This document shows positions 35,017 through 44,703 of a stretch of 64,000 bases of DNA, piece by piece. The position numbers were made by a program, and so were the translations under genes. The first letter of the stretch is position 1, and the number at the start of each line of letters is the position of its first letter. Origin of the DNA: a virus; IMG/VR virus record IMGVR_UViG_3300033148_003055, positions 1 through 64,000 of that record; one strand, given 5' to 3'. The notes under the pieces were generated by a model that ran no database searches, had not been told where the DNA came from, and saw nothing but the letters and a program-made list of their open reading frames with translations.

Positions 35017-35085
35017 AATCTACCATGTAAGTCCTATCTCCTAGGGGACTTAGATTTTCAGTCCAAACTCATCAATTTCACCTTC

Positions 35086-35739
35086 TCACCTAATCGAAGC
35101 TATTCGGTAGTCGAAAACGACCGGAAGCCACCGATCTTCAGTCGCTTCCAGGTCTTCGGCGAGCTCGATTCCTGGTGACATTCCGTCTTCCTGGTACACC
35201 ATTCGGTTGGCGGAGATCATTTCGATGTCGTGATCGTCATAAATTTCACCGAGCGCCGCAACAAATGCTTTGCTCATCCCGGCCCAAAAGATGATATGTG
35301 GGTTCAGGTCCGTCGAGAATTTGTGGGTGCCATCCGAGTCGATGCCGGCGTCGTCTAACTCCCTCGCCATCTCAACGAACGAGACGCCAGTCCCCATTCT
35401 CCGGAAGAGTTTCAGTAGTACCTTCTTCGCCATCTGGGCAGCTGTCAATACTCGCATAAACAACGGCTGTGCAACGACGGCAACGCTACCATCGTACACA
35501 CTTTCCAACCACAACAAGTACTTCTTGTCATCATCGTCAAGCCTGAACCACTCCCCTCTTGCCCTCTTCTCTTTGAACCTCCAGTGGAGATCGGTCTCGA
35601 TATCGTACTCGAAGAGCATCCACAAGCGCAGTTCCTGGGGCTGTGCCCCCTGCAAGTTCCTAAGCCTGCGTGTGACGTTTGCCGTCTTCCCTATCTTACA
35701 AAACCCCGTCCCAACCTGCTCGATCACGTAGGTGAGCAT
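35086..35739 (-). CDS. T5orf172/MUG113 (GIY-YIG-like) domain protein
   Basis: YVIEQ..CKIGKT.NVTRRLRNLQ...E.DLH.RF...R.RGEWF. Confidence 0.85.
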   Translation of the reverse strand: MLTYVIEQVGTGFCKIGKTANVTRRLRNLQGAQPQELRLWMLFEYDIETDLHWRFKEKRARGEWFRLDDDDKKYLLWLESVYDGSVAVVAQPLFMRVLTAAQMAKKVLLKLFRRMGTGVSFVEMARELDDAGIDSDGTHKFSTDLNPHIIFWAGMSKAFVAALGEIYDDHDIEMISANRMVYQEDGMSPGIELAEDLEATEDRWLPVVFDYRIASIR

Positions 35740-35894
35740 GACGTCGTCCCCCATAACAAAAACGACTCCCCTAACGGTTGGACAGAACTTATCCCGGAAG
35801 CCGGGGTTCACCGCTAGGGGAGCCGTTATCGTTAACACCTTAGCAAGTCCTGTCCGCTTACTTATCGGTGCTCTGGAGGAAGTTTTCAAGCCAT

Positions 35895-36134
35895 TCACGA
35901 GCACGGTTTCTCCTCGCACCCCGGACACAGCACGTTGGGATCGGAGCAGGCATCCAGCCTCTTGGTCATCGAGCGCGACGGTACCGCATCCGGTTCGACC
36001 CACCCGTCCTCGCAGTCGGGGCAGGCCGCTAATGCCAGCTCGCCGTCATCGCAGAGGCGCTCGACCTTCTGGGTCCCCCCGCACGTCGGACACCTCCTGC
36101 GGCCACACTTGAAACAGCGATCGCCGATCATCAC
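35895..36134 (-). CDS. Small Cys-rich protein
   Basis: CFKC, CPTCGG, CPDC. Confidence 0.5.
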   Translation of the reverse strand: MMIGDRCFKCGRRRCPTCGGTQKVERLCDDGELALAACPDCEDGWVEPDAVPSRSMTKRLDACSDPNVLCPGCEEKPCS

Positions 36135-36607
36135 TCTAACCCTCCAGGAGTCCTCGATGGCAGATCGTACACGTAAACGTCAGCCTCCACGATCTCGTCC
36201 AGCACATCCTCCACCCTCGCCCACTTCCCCCCCGCGAGCCCGCATCCGATCCTGGGCATATGGATCGACGCGTCGAGGGCATCAGCCATCGCTTCGACCT
36301 TCAGCAGGCACGTGCGCAGTGCCTCGTACCGAATCGGCGCGCGCCCCTCACGACTTCGACGCGTGCCGTGCTGCGCAACCATGTTCGCGACCCACAACTC
36401 GTCTTCCACCCTGACCAGCTGGACCTTCCCGAGCTTGAGCTTGTACTTGCGCTTGAGCCTGAACACCTCCTCCGGCTCCGGCCACCTCCGTGACACCGCC
36501 AGCACGAACCCTTTACCCCACGCCCCGATGTCATTGCACACGTGCGCGATGATCGCCGGCCCTCGCCCTTCCGGTCTCGTTGCGTCTCCGCAAAGATACG
36601 TCGGCAT
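36131..36607 (-). CDS. Macrodomain ADP-ribosylhydrolase (Poa1p/TARG1/DarG-like)
   Basis: GDAT, IIAHVCNDIGAWGKGF, MPRIGCGLAGGKW. Confidence 0.92.
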   Translation of the reverse strand: MPTYLCGDATRPEGRGPAIIAHVCNDIGAWGKGFVLAVSRRWPEPEEVFRLKRKYKLKLGKVQLVRVEDELWVANMVAQHGTRRSREGRAPIRYEALRTCLLKVEAMADALDASIHMPRIGCGLAGGKWARVEDVLDEIVEADVYVYDLPSRTPGGLE

Positions 36608-36873
36608 CAGCTACCTCCCAACAGTTCCTTCGCCGCGGCCACCTGGGCGCGCAGCGTGCCCTTCGACTTCTTAACCTCGAGTTCGAGCTCCGCGATCCGG
36701 TCGTCCCGTTCGAGCAGGGCCGCGTCAATCTCTGCGGCGAGCGCCATGACCTCGGCCTCCCCGTCGTCGACTACAAGCATCCACGCCTTCGCGAACCTCC
36801 GCAGCTTCCCCTCCAGGCACCTCCGGTGATACGTCCAGCACTTCTCGTGATGCGTCTTCGCGTCTACACTCAT
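36607..36873 (-). CDS. Hypothetical protein
   Basis: 88 aa coupled ORF, coiled-coil end. Confidence 0.5.
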   Translation of the reverse strand: MSVDAKTHHEKCWTYHRRCLEGKLRRFAKAWMLVVDDGEAEVMALAAEIDAALLERDDRIAELELEVKKSKGTLRAQVAAAKELLGGS

Positions 36874-37042
36874 AGCAGGTACTCCACAACAGCGAGCCCT
36901 GCTGCAACGGCACCAGCGGCCAACGCGATGACGAGGGCGTATCCACCCGCACCCCACCCGTCGGGGTAGAACAGATTGTCGTAGAGTTCCAACCCATCCT
37001 CGCAACACCCCCGCTTCACCAGCTCCTCTCGCGTCACGGTTA

Positions 37043-38221
37043 TCATCGTTTCGCCTCCTCGTCGATAGCCGCCTTCAGCGTGTCGATCATGCGCCGCTGG
37101 ACATAGCCGACGTTCGGGGCGAGGTACAGGTCGGCAAGCACCTTCTCCGCCGCCGTCCGCAACCCCTTCGCGTCGTCCCGCGTCTCGAGGTTCACGTCCA
37201 TCACCGGTATCCTCGACCCCGGCAGGAGTGCCGGGAAGTCCGGCGACCGGACGACGAAGACGACCACGTCCGGCACCGTCGGGTCCTGGAAGCACCGCAT
37301 GATCTTCGGCTCGCTCACCGGGTCCAGGATTTCGGATGCGCCAGTCCCGCGTTCGAGGACCATCGCGAACACCTCGAACGACACCTTCACCAGCTTCAGA
37401 CGGTCGTCCAGCTCCGCCGGCAGATCGTTGGCGAAGCACCTCCGCCAGAGGTCCTTCAGGTACCCGTGCATCTCACGGGCCTTCTGGCGAAGCTCTTCCA
37501 TGTCCTCCTCGTCGGCGTCCCCGTCACACTCTTCCTCGATCCGATCCCGAACCGCTGACCAACGTCCGTAGACGGTGTCCTCGCCGCAACCCTGCCCGTC
37601 CCGCTTCAGCAGGCAGTTCTTGCAGCCTTCGTCGTCGGAGTCGACCGCATCGCACACGTCGCATAAGGGCTCGTCCATCATCGGGTCCTCGATCAGCTTT
37701 GCCCACTTGCTATGTATCGACTGGGAGATGGCATCCTTGACCGCCTTGGGACACCTGTGCGTCGGCTTGCCGTCGAGCACCGACGGGATCGGGTCCGCCG
37801 CCGGCATGATGTCCGGCGGGTCGACGGCGCAGTTGTAGACGTGCAGGTCCCCGAACTTGACCTCACCCGCCTTCAGCTTCGGGTTGAGCAAGACTGGCTT
37901 CCCGAACAGCATCTGCTCCGTCTCGATCACGCACCGGTCGCGAAGACCCCGGAAATAGTCGAGCACCTTCCCGATCGCCACACCGGTCCACTCCGCCTCC
38001 GGATACGAGACGGCCATGTCTCTGCAACCTCGCCTCCCGAGGTCCTTATGAACCGGGCAACGGTCGTCGCAGTCGCCGAGCATCTCGTGATACGCTATGC
38101 AGAGCGGAACGTCCTCGTTAGTTCGTGCCGGGTCCTCTACCCTCGTCGAGAACACTTCGATCGTCTTGACCAGAAGGTCGTACGCCTCCTGCGTCACGGT
38201 TATTCTGCTAAGGGCCATCAC
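37043..38221 (-). CDS. Hypothetical protein with two Cys-rich modules
   Basis: PLC..C..CP..C modules each followed by a Y(L/F)..L..RC helix. Confidence 0.65.
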   Translation of the reverse strand: MMALSRITVTQEAYDLLVKTIEVFSTRVEDPARTNEDVPLCIAYHEMLGDCDDRCPVHKDLGRRGCRDMAVSYPEAEWTGVAIGKVLDYFRGLRDRCVIETEQMLFGKPVLLNPKLKAGEVKFGDLHVYNCAVDPPDIMPAADPIPSVLDGKPTHRCPKAVKDAISQSIHSKWAKLIEDPMMDEPLCDVCDAVDSDDEGCKNCLLKRDGQGCGEDTVYGRWSAVRDRIEEECDGDADEEDMEELRQKAREMHGYLKDLWRRCFANDLPAELDDRLKLVKVSFEVFAMVLERGTGASEILDPVSEPKIMRCFQDPTVPDVVVFVVRSPDFPALLPGSRIPVMDVNLETRDDAKGLRTAAEKVLADLYLAPNVGYVQRRMIDTLKAAIDEEAKR

Positions 38222-38880
38222 AGCACCGCCTTCCAGTCGAAGCCGAGCTTGCCGGCCGCCTCAATGTCGAGCGGGTACGCGGTCGAGTGCTTACTAGCGT
38301 AACAGAGACCCCACCGACGATCACCGTCCGCGTTCACGGGGATGAGCGGTGTGTAGTTCGTGCTGTTCATCCCTTTCTCCCACACGGAATCCTTCTTCAC
38401 CCGGATGTAGACCACGTCATCGTCGATCCCCATCAGAGTGAACGGCTGACCGAGGGGCATCCCCCCGACCGTGATCCTCTCCTTCTTCAAGACCAGCCGC
38501 TTCCCGAGGGCCCGCAGGTAGTCGAGTTCCCGGCCCTTGTTCTCGGCGGTGGGGTTCGCACGTGCGTCGCGGAACGGGGTGCCGTAGCACTCGTACTTTC
38601 CGGTGTCCGCCATGATCGGGCAGTCCTTGCAGGTGTTGCCGCCGTCGCCGCTGGCGTACTTTTTCTTTCTCCCGAGAACGCAGTACGCACACTCCTTCAT
38701 ACTGTCCCACCCCTCTTCCTTCACCCGCTCCTCCCACATGGCCTCGCTCGCCTTATGCGCGTCCATCGTCTCCTGGTCCACTTCGATCTTCGTACTCATC
38801 TCGAACTCCCTCGCTTTCTTGATCGCCCGTTTCAATGCCGCACATAACCTATCCGTGCTGGCCGTGAATACACACGTCAC
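38218..38880 (-). CDS. Hypothetical protein with one Cys-rich module
   Basis: CAYC...CKDCP...C...ELDYLRALGKRL; start uncertain. Confidence 0.6.
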   Translation of the reverse strand: MTCVFTASTDRLCAALKRAIKKAREFEMSTKIEVDQETMDAHKASEAMWEERVKEEGWDSMKECAYCVLGRKKKYASGDGGNTCKDCPIMADTGKYECYGTPFRDARANPTAENKGRELDYLRALGKRLVLKKERITVGGMPLGQPFTLMGIDDDVVYIRVKKDSVWEKGMNSTNYTPLIPVNADGDRRWGLCYASKHSTAYPLDIEAAGKLGFDWKAVL

Positions 38881-39215
38881 CCCCGCACCGCCCTCTCCGC
38901 CTTCCGCCCGAGCCGGTCGGCTTCTCGCTCCTCCATCTCCACCCCAGGGAAGGTGAGGCCGTCCGCCTCGATCCTGAGGTGGCCGAGTTCGTGGGCGAGG
39001 TCTTTGGTGTGCGCCCTGGGGAGCCAGACCGTCGCCGCCTTGTCGTCCTCGTCCGCTACTACCGCCGCCTCCGCCCCCGGGAAATCCCTGGGGTAGACGT
39101 GAACCTCGACCGTCCAGTCCGTCAGCCCCAACGCCTCGAGCATCCGGTCGCACAGGCGCCGGAGCTTCGACGTCGGCATCTCGTCCAACCGTACCCGGTA
39201 GACGGTCGCGCTCAT
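38877..39215 (-). CDS. HExxH metallopeptidase-like protein
   Basis: LAHELGH and downstream EEREAD. Confidence 0.6.
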   Translation of the reverse strand: MSATVYRVRLDEMPTSKLRRLCDRMLEALGLTDWTVEVHVYPRDFPGAEAAVVADEDDKAATVWLPRAHTKDLAHELGHLRIEADGLTFPGVEMEEREADRLGRKAERAVRG

Positions 39216-39469
39216 TCCGTCGCCTCCTCTTCCACCGGAGGGTGGTAGTACGAATTCCGGGGGGTAACGGTAACTGCCAGGTAGCCCATCTCGACGGCTT
39301 TCCTCAGGCGACGACGCATGGTCGACTCGGAAATGTCCTCACCCTCCGCCTGCTTCTCCAACCGCGCCTCCGTGACCGTCACTGAATCGGGCGGACGATG
39401 CCCCGGCGACGCCGGGTTCGCTTTGTCAAGAGTATTGTCCAGGTCCCAGCTTCTTCCCTCACTCATCAT
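39212..39469 (-). CDS. Winged-helix DNA-binding protein
   Basis: ISESTMRRRLRKAVEMGYL. Confidence 0.55.
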   Translation of the reverse strand: MMSEGRSWDLDNTLDKANPASPGHRPPDSVTVTEARLEKQAEGEDISESTMRRRLRKAVEMGYLAVTVTPRNSYYHPPVEEEATE

Positions 39470-40607
39470 CGCCTCCGATCGGATCGACCACGGGTTCCCG
39501 CGTCGGGGTGTAGATGCCCGTCTCGGGGTCCGGTTTCAGGATGGGTACGTCGCCCAGGCGTATCTTGTACTCGGCAGTCAAGCCCTGCTCGTGGTGCATG
39601 AACCAGACCGTCTGGCTCGGGGTCATGGCAGCCTTGAGCACCTGCACGCTGAAGTTCGTCGGGCCCGGCCACGAGCCGTTGACCATGAGGGTCTGGTCCG
39701 GACCGATGGAGATGCCGGCGGTCTGGTGGTGGTGCGCCCGTAGGTGGAAGTGGATCGGGAAGCGGAAGATGCCGAGAGCCTTGAGCCCGTCGCGCTGCAG
39801 GCCGTAGTACGGCAGCCCCATCCAGCCCCGCGTCTCGTCACCGTGGCTGATGACGAAGCCCCACTTCTCCTGTATCTGTACGGCGGCGAAGCCGGGGTGG
39901 CAGTGGTGGATGCGTACACCCTCGACCCGGCAGAACGCCTGGGCCAGCCCAAGGATGAAGAAGTCGTCGAGGTTCGCCTTGATGACCCCGCGCTTGCCGA
40001 GGCGCCCGTGGTTGCCGGGTACGGCGATGAGGTCGATGCCCTCGTTGAACTCCCCCTCGATGTAGAGCCGGTAGATGGCCTTGGCGGTGACCGCGGTGCC
40101 CCATGCCACCTGATCGAAGCCGTCCATGTCGAGGTGCCACGCCTGCCCAGGGAAGATGTCCTCGCCCTCGACGTAATCACCGAGGCCCCAGATGACGAGC
40201 TTGTTCACCGGATGGTCCGCCCGCTGCACCTCGAGGATGCGAAGCTTCTTGTCCACCCACATGTCGAGGGCCTTGAGGTAGCTGTCGCGGTTCCACCCTC
40301 CCAGCCCCGACGTGTTCACGGCCTTGGCCTTCGTCCCGATCTGGGTGTCGCTGAATGCGCTGTGCATCTCCTCGGCGCTCGACTGCGGACGCTTGGACTT
40401 GCGGCGCTTCCTCGGCGTCCACGGGGGCAACGGAGTGTAGACCTCCCGGATCACCCGGTCGAAGGTGGCGTGGGCGGACTCCAACTTCCGGACGTTCGCC
40501 TTCAGTATCTCGTTTGCACGGATGAGGTCCTCAAAGCTCGGGGGCTCGTCCTTCTTCGCCGCCTTGTCCAGGGCGTCTTGCACGCCCTTCGGTATCTTCT
40601 TACCCAT
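39459..40607 (-). CDS. Calcineurin-like metallophosphoesterase
   Basis: SDTQIG, GDYVEG, PGNHG, HGD, AHHH motifs. Confidence 0.88.
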   Translation of the reverse strand: MGKKIPKGVQDALDKAAKKDEPPSFEDLIRANEILKANVRKLESAHATFDRVIREVYTPLPPWTPRKRRKSKRPQSSAEEMHSAFSDTQIGTKAKAVNTSGLGGWNRDSYLKALDMWVDKKLRILEVQRADHPVNKLVIWGLGDYVEGEDIFPGQAWHLDMDGFDQVAWGTAVTAKAIYRLYIEGEFNEGIDLIAVPGNHGRLGKRGVIKANLDDFFILGLAQAFCRVEGVRIHHCHPGFAAVQIQEKWGFVISHGDETRGWMGLPYYGLQRDGLKALGIFRFPIHFHLRAHHHQTAGISIGPDQTLMVNGSWPGPTNFSVQVLKAAMTPSQTVWFMHHEQGLTAEYKIRLGDVPILKPDPETGIYTPTREPVVDPIGGDDE

Positions 40608-40945
40608 TATTCAGGTCCTCCGCCAGTGACGATGTAGTCGCCTTTCCTTCGGTCTATCAAGTTTCCAAGGGCGCTACGGTTCCAGTTAGATATACTGCTG
40701 TAGTAACCAACTATTCTGGTCATGTGGTCGATCACCTTCACGGCCTCGCGACCCTCGAAGATCGCTTCGAGCGTCCGCCAGTCGTTCTTGGCGACCGCGT
40801 CCGGGGTGATCCGCCACTTTGCCCCGGTCTTCGGATGGTCGACGCGGATGTACCGCACACCCTCATCGAAGTCGGGTTCCGTGACACCGACGTACTCGAG
40901 TTCCTCGTGCTCATCTACAGCGTCCCAGAAGTCTTCGCCCTTCAT
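40607..40945 (-). CDS. Stand-alone NrdD C-terminal glycyl-radical-loop protein
   Basis: TRIVGYYSSISNWN...RR matches the class III RNR C-terminus; only 112 aa. Confidence 0.7.
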   Translation of the reverse strand: MKGEDFWDAVDEHEELEYVGVTEPDFDEGVRYIRVDHPKTGAKWRITPDAVAKNDWRTLEAIFEGREAVKVIDHMTRIVGYYSSISNWNRSALGNLIDRRKGDYIVTGGGPE

Positions 40946-41211
40946 ATCCACACCGTCCTCTCGTGGTTGTCTGGGTCGGGTGTCCCCAGTTTCTTGGTCT
41001 CCGAGTCGTACACCCAAGGCATCCGGTTCGGGTCCAGCCCCGCCGTCGCCCAAGAGGCCAACGCCTCCGCCGCCAACATCCGGTGCTCCGGCGGTACGAG
41101 CATGTCGTACACGACGACTAGCCGATCCCCGTACTCCTTCTGCAGGACGGGCAGCCAGGTCTGGCAGTACCCTCCGATCACGCAAGCCCCCGTCGTAAAC
41201 AGGTAGGCCAT
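40942..41211 (-). CDS. Hypothetical protein (possible thioredoxin-like)
   Basis: CVIGGYC...MPWV; coupled to the NrdD-like gene. Confidence 0.45.
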   Translation of the reverse strand: MAYLFTTGACVIGGYCQTWLPVLQKEYGDRLVVVYDMLVPPEHRMLAAEALASWATAGLDPNRMPWVYDSETKKLGTPDPDNHERTVWI

Positions 41212-41336
41212 GACGTCTCCGACTTCCCTCTCCTCGATGGTGTCAACTCGACCACGGCACCGCACGCGGTCCGCTTCCTTCCTCAGGTCCCCGTGCCGGT
41301 ACCCCGCCGGCGGTATCTTGGATCGCTTGCGCTGCA

Positions 41337-41858
41337 TCACCGAGCCTCCTGCTCGCACTCGCGTTCGTATATCTCAAAGTGCCGATCCCCCTTGTTGAGA
41401 TCATAGACGACCGCCTCGTCGGCATCCTCGTCCCATTCCTGCCACAGGTCTTCGCTAACCGAGGTTCCGTGAAAGCCGATAGCTTCGGCGCTGGACGCCT
41501 CTATTAGGTCGGCCCACGCCGGGACGTGATCGACGCTGCCCGATGGGGCTGGGTTCAGCGCCACGAACCCACGCAAGTCTGCCGCCACCTTGCCGAAGTT
41601 CTCGCGGCGGATGATCGCGTAGTCAAACGTAGCCAGCATCGTGATTCTCTCACATGGCTCCAGCTTCTCGCTGGTCGCCAGCGCCCACAGCTTCGTTTCG
41701 TAGTCCATCAGCCAGGAGTCGTACTCCTTGGCGGGGTCTTTCATGTACTTGTCATAGAGCGAGGTCCAGATTCGCGCAGCGCCTCCCCACGAGTTCGGGA
41801 ACTCCGCATATGTATCGGGCTTCCCGTCTTTGAACTCTATCACGTAGCACCTGCTCAC
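41337..41858 (-). CDS. Hypothetical protein
   Basis: 173 aa globular ORF, coupled. Confidence 0.65.
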   Translation of the reverse strand: MSRCYVIEFKDGKPDTYAEFPNSWGGAARIWTSLYDKYMKDPAKEYDSWLMDYETKLWALATSEKLEPCERITMLATFDYAIIRRENFGKVAADLRGFVALNPAPSGSVDHVPAWADLIEASSAEAIGFHGTSVSEDLWQEWDEDADEAVVYDLNKGDRHFEIYERECEQEAR

Positions 41859-42047
41859 GCCGTCACCCCCTCCTCGGCCGGCAGCGCCATCGGCTCTAGG
41901 CCCTTGAGCTTCTGGTTCTCGATCATGAAACGGCGGATGATCCGGTCCGCCTGCTTCGCCCCGGACTCGAGCTTCGCAACGCGGGTCTCCAGCCGGTTGA
42001 CCTCGCCCTTGAGTTCCCTGATCTTCGTGTCCTTCTCTGCGCTCGTT

Positions 42048-42419
42048 CTACCCACGGTCCACCTCCTGCTTCGACTCAAGTGCGTAGGCCATGCCCATCA
42101 TCGGCCACTGGTGATTCGCATGAGCGTCACCGAAAGCGAACACGGCCCGTTTCTCTGCACACCGGAACCGGTCCTCGCGGTCCTTCATGATCGCCGCCGG
42201 GAACATCAGGACCTTCCCGCTCTCGATGCAGCGTTCGCTGTGCAGACGACCCGCAGCGATCGCGCACCCGCGCTTGCGGTTGAAGTTGTCGAGCGGGGAG
42301 CAGACCGCGGTCGCCACCCCGTACTGCCCGTCCTCACGTTCCTCCACGGCCACCGTCACGCCTCCCCGGGCGATCCCCGAATCCAGCCTCAGCCTGAAGT
42401 GATAGAACCAGATCATCAC
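42048..42419 (-). CDS. Hypothetical phage protein
   Basis: GGVTVA...AVCSPLDNFNRKRG..IA.GRL motif. Confidence 0.65.
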   Translation of the reverse strand: MMIWFYHFRLRLDSGIARGGVTVAVEEREDGQYGVATAVCSPLDNFNRKRGCAIAAGRLHSERCIESGKVLMFPAAIMKDREDRFRCAEKRAVFAFGDAHANHQWPMMGMAYALESKQEVDRG

Positions 42420-42733
42420 CGTCTCCTCTTCTTCTTTGGCGCCGGCGCGGGAGTCATCGCGAGCTCCCTCACCACCTTGTCCAGCGCCTCACTCTCATCT
42501 TCCAACCAATCCCGTAGTTCCTCGATCGACCCGCCGAAGCAGACCACGACGCTGTGCCGCTTCCCTGGGGGGAAGACCCGAACGTCAACGTTGACCCCGT
42601 GGGCCACCCGCCTTCCTATGACGATCGCCTTGTGACCGAACCGCGCTGAGAAGTCCAGCATGTCGGTCCCAGAAACCTTCACCGGCTTGGCCTGAGCGAC
42701 AGGGCGGCGCTTGATCTTACGCTTCGTCGGCAT
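42416..42733 (-). CDS. Hypothetical protein with basic N- and C-terminal tags
   Basis: MPTKRKIKRRP ... PKKKRRR. Confidence 0.6.
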   Translation of the reverse strand: MPTKRKIKRRPVAQAKPVKVSGTDMLDFSARFGHKAIVIGRRVAHGVNVDVRVFPPGKRHSVVVCFGGSIEELRDWLEDESEALDKVVRELAMTPAPAPKKKRRR

Positions 42734-43424
42734 CCCGCCTCCTACGCTTCACCGAGCGCCGCATGACCTTCCGCTCCCAGGAGTTCATCTTCAACCACTC
42801 GTCCCCGGTGTCGAGGGGGAGCATGTACCCGATCGCCCGCTGGCCCGTCTCGACCCCGACGCTCCGGACCAGGAAGCCGTCGGTCTCCGACTCCCCGAAC
42901 TCGATGAAGGCCGAGTTGTCCGGGTTCGGGCAGGCCGACTCCATCGCCTGGAGCAACTTGATGAGGGCCTTGCGGTCGACGCAGACACGATGCTTGCACG
43001 CCTTCCGGGCACGTTGGAGGACGGGCCTCCATTCAGAGAACCGGCGGCGGGAGAGCTGCCCCTCCACCTTCAGGTTCTTGTTGAGGTCCGTCGCTGTCAA
43101 CTCGATCGTCCCATCTTCTTCATTATACCCCGTAACCGCCACGAATCCAAGCTCTAATCCGAGATTTCCTTTGGGGATATTCCGGAGGGCCTCGGTCACG
43201 ATCTCAGGGGGAATACCGGCCCCATCCTCCCCTACGTCGGTCTCGGTCTTGAAGTCGGGCATGGCCGCCGGGCGGTCGTCGATGGGCTCCACCGCCAGAA
43301 TCGCGGAGCCGTCAGAGGCGACGGTGGTCCCGTCAGCCTCAACCCGGAGTTGGTGCAGGACTTGGTCCCGCTTGTCCGCCCCGGCCACCTTGATCGGGGC
43401 CAGGTTCGCTTTACTCAGTAACAC
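42717..43424 (-). CDS. Sliding-clamp (DnaN)-like protein
   Basis: VASDGSAIL, ELTATDL, RFSEWRPVL, GYMLP resemble beta-clamp domains. Confidence 0.6.
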   Translation of the reverse strand: MLLSKANLAPIKVAGADKRDQVLHQLRVEADGTTVASDGSAILAVEPIDDRPAAMPDFKTETDVGEDGAGIPPEIVTEALRNIPKGNLGLELGFVAVTGYNEEDGTIELTATDLNKNLKVEGQLSRRRFSEWRPVLQRARKACKHRVCVDRKALIKLLQAMESACPNPDNSAFIEFGESETDGFLVRSVGVETGQRAIGYMLPLDTGDEWLKMNSWERKVMRRSVKRRRRDADEA

Positions 43425-43580
43425 GGCGCCTCCTGATCTTCCGCTTCTTCTTCCCGCGGAAGGGGCGGACCACGATGGAGTGGTGGTCCTCTTCGGTGTA
43501 GGTCCACAGCGGGATCACCTCGACGGCGAGGCCGCGCTTCTGGAGCGAGGCCACCGCTTCCCTCAGCTGGCGCTCCGACC

Positions 43581-43940
43581 TCACCACATCAGACTCCGGA
43601 ACCGCGTCACCTTCTTGACGCTCATGTTGCTGGTCTTGAGCAGCTTGACGGCGGCCTTCCACTCCCGGACGGCGACGTCCTTGATGACCCACCGGCTCTT
43701 CGTAGCATTCTCCCAGGACTTCTTGCTGCCGTGCCGGATGATCCGCCGGTCGGTGTCCCGGTCGGCGCAGCAGCTCTTGACGGCCTTGATGGCGGAGAGC
43801 ATGTCCCCCTGGAACCGGTCCGGCCCCCCGACCATGACCTCCCCCGGCCCTTTGTTCGGCTCCGGTGGTGTGAACACCAACCCGAAGACGAACGAGTCCT
43901 TGTCCCCATCCTGTGCACGTAGGATGTACTTCTCTCTCAT
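43581..43940 (-). CDS. Hypothetical protein
   Basis: 119 aa, GGAGAGGA RBS. Confidence 0.55.
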   Translation of the reverse strand: MREKYILRAQDGDKDSFVFGLVFTPPEPNKGPGEVMVGGPDRFQGDMLSAIKAVKSCCADRDTDRRIIRHGSKKSWENATKSRWVIKDVAVREWKAAVKLLKTSNMSVKKVTRFRSLMW

Positions 43941-44167
43941 GTCCTCTCCTTCGCTTTCCGAGACCACGTCACCCACCCGTAAATCGCAAGACCCGCGTAG
44001 ACGAGGAACAGGGCCGCCTGCGGGTAGGCCACCTTGTAGACGCTATACCCCGTGAACGCCAGGTTCGTCGTGATCCAGATCGGGAAGCACCATATCTTCT
44101 GCTTCGCGTTCGCGATCGTCCCGACGATCGCCGCCACGGTCACGCACCACATCACTGCCTCGATCAT
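43937..44167 (-). CDS. PnuC-like small membrane protein
   Basis: KIWCFPIWITTN...LAIYGWVTW. Confidence 0.7.
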   Translation of the reverse strand: MIEAVMWCVTVAAIVGTIANAKQKIWCFPIWITTNLAFTGYSVYKVAYPQAALFLVYAGLAIYGWVTWSRKAKERT

Positions 44168-44703
44168 CACTCCCCCTCCCATAACTGGTTGAACCTATCA
44201 AGGAAGTCCGTGGCGATCGTTGGCGGGTCCGCTCCGATCACGGCGACGTTGCTGTACGGCTCCGGCAGAGGTTGCCAGTCGAACGTCGCCGGCGCCATGA
44301 GCTGTTGCTTTTCCGTCGCACACATCCGTTGGTCAACCTCCTTCACCCGCGGGTCTGGTGGCCAAGGGAGATTGAACGCCGCGGCGACGGCGGTCTCGAT
44401 CGCAACGAATATCTCCCGGACGTCGTGCGAGGTCTCGAAGAGGAGCTTCTTGAAGTCTGCCTGCACATCCGGCGTGTAGGCCTCCGCCGCATCGTGCATG
44501 AGCCCCTGCAAAGCGAGCTCCGGCGGGACCACCCGGCTTACGAGGATGCTATGCTCGCCCACCGAGTAGAACCGGGTGCAGGCCCCGTTGAACCGGCACG
44601 TCTTCGAGAGGTGCATCGCGATGTCAAGGATGTTGATGGACTCCGGGTCGGTGTTGACGAACTCGAACTTCTTCCCCGTATACGTCTGCATCTTCGCGTT
44701 CAT
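44167..44703 (-). CDS. HD-domain deoxynucleotidase (YfbR/YfdR-like)
   Basis: DIAMHLSKTCRFNG, YSVGEHS, LMHDAAEAY. Confidence 0.9.
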   Translation of the reverse strand: MNAKMQTYTGKKFEFVNTDPESINILDIAMHLSKTCRFNGACTRFYSVGEHSILVSRVVPPELALQGLMHDAAEAYTPDVQADFKKLLFETSHDVREIFVAIETAVAAAFNLPWPPDPRVKEVDQRMCATEKQQLMAPATFDWQPLPEPYSNVAVIGADPPTIATDFLDRFNQLWEGE

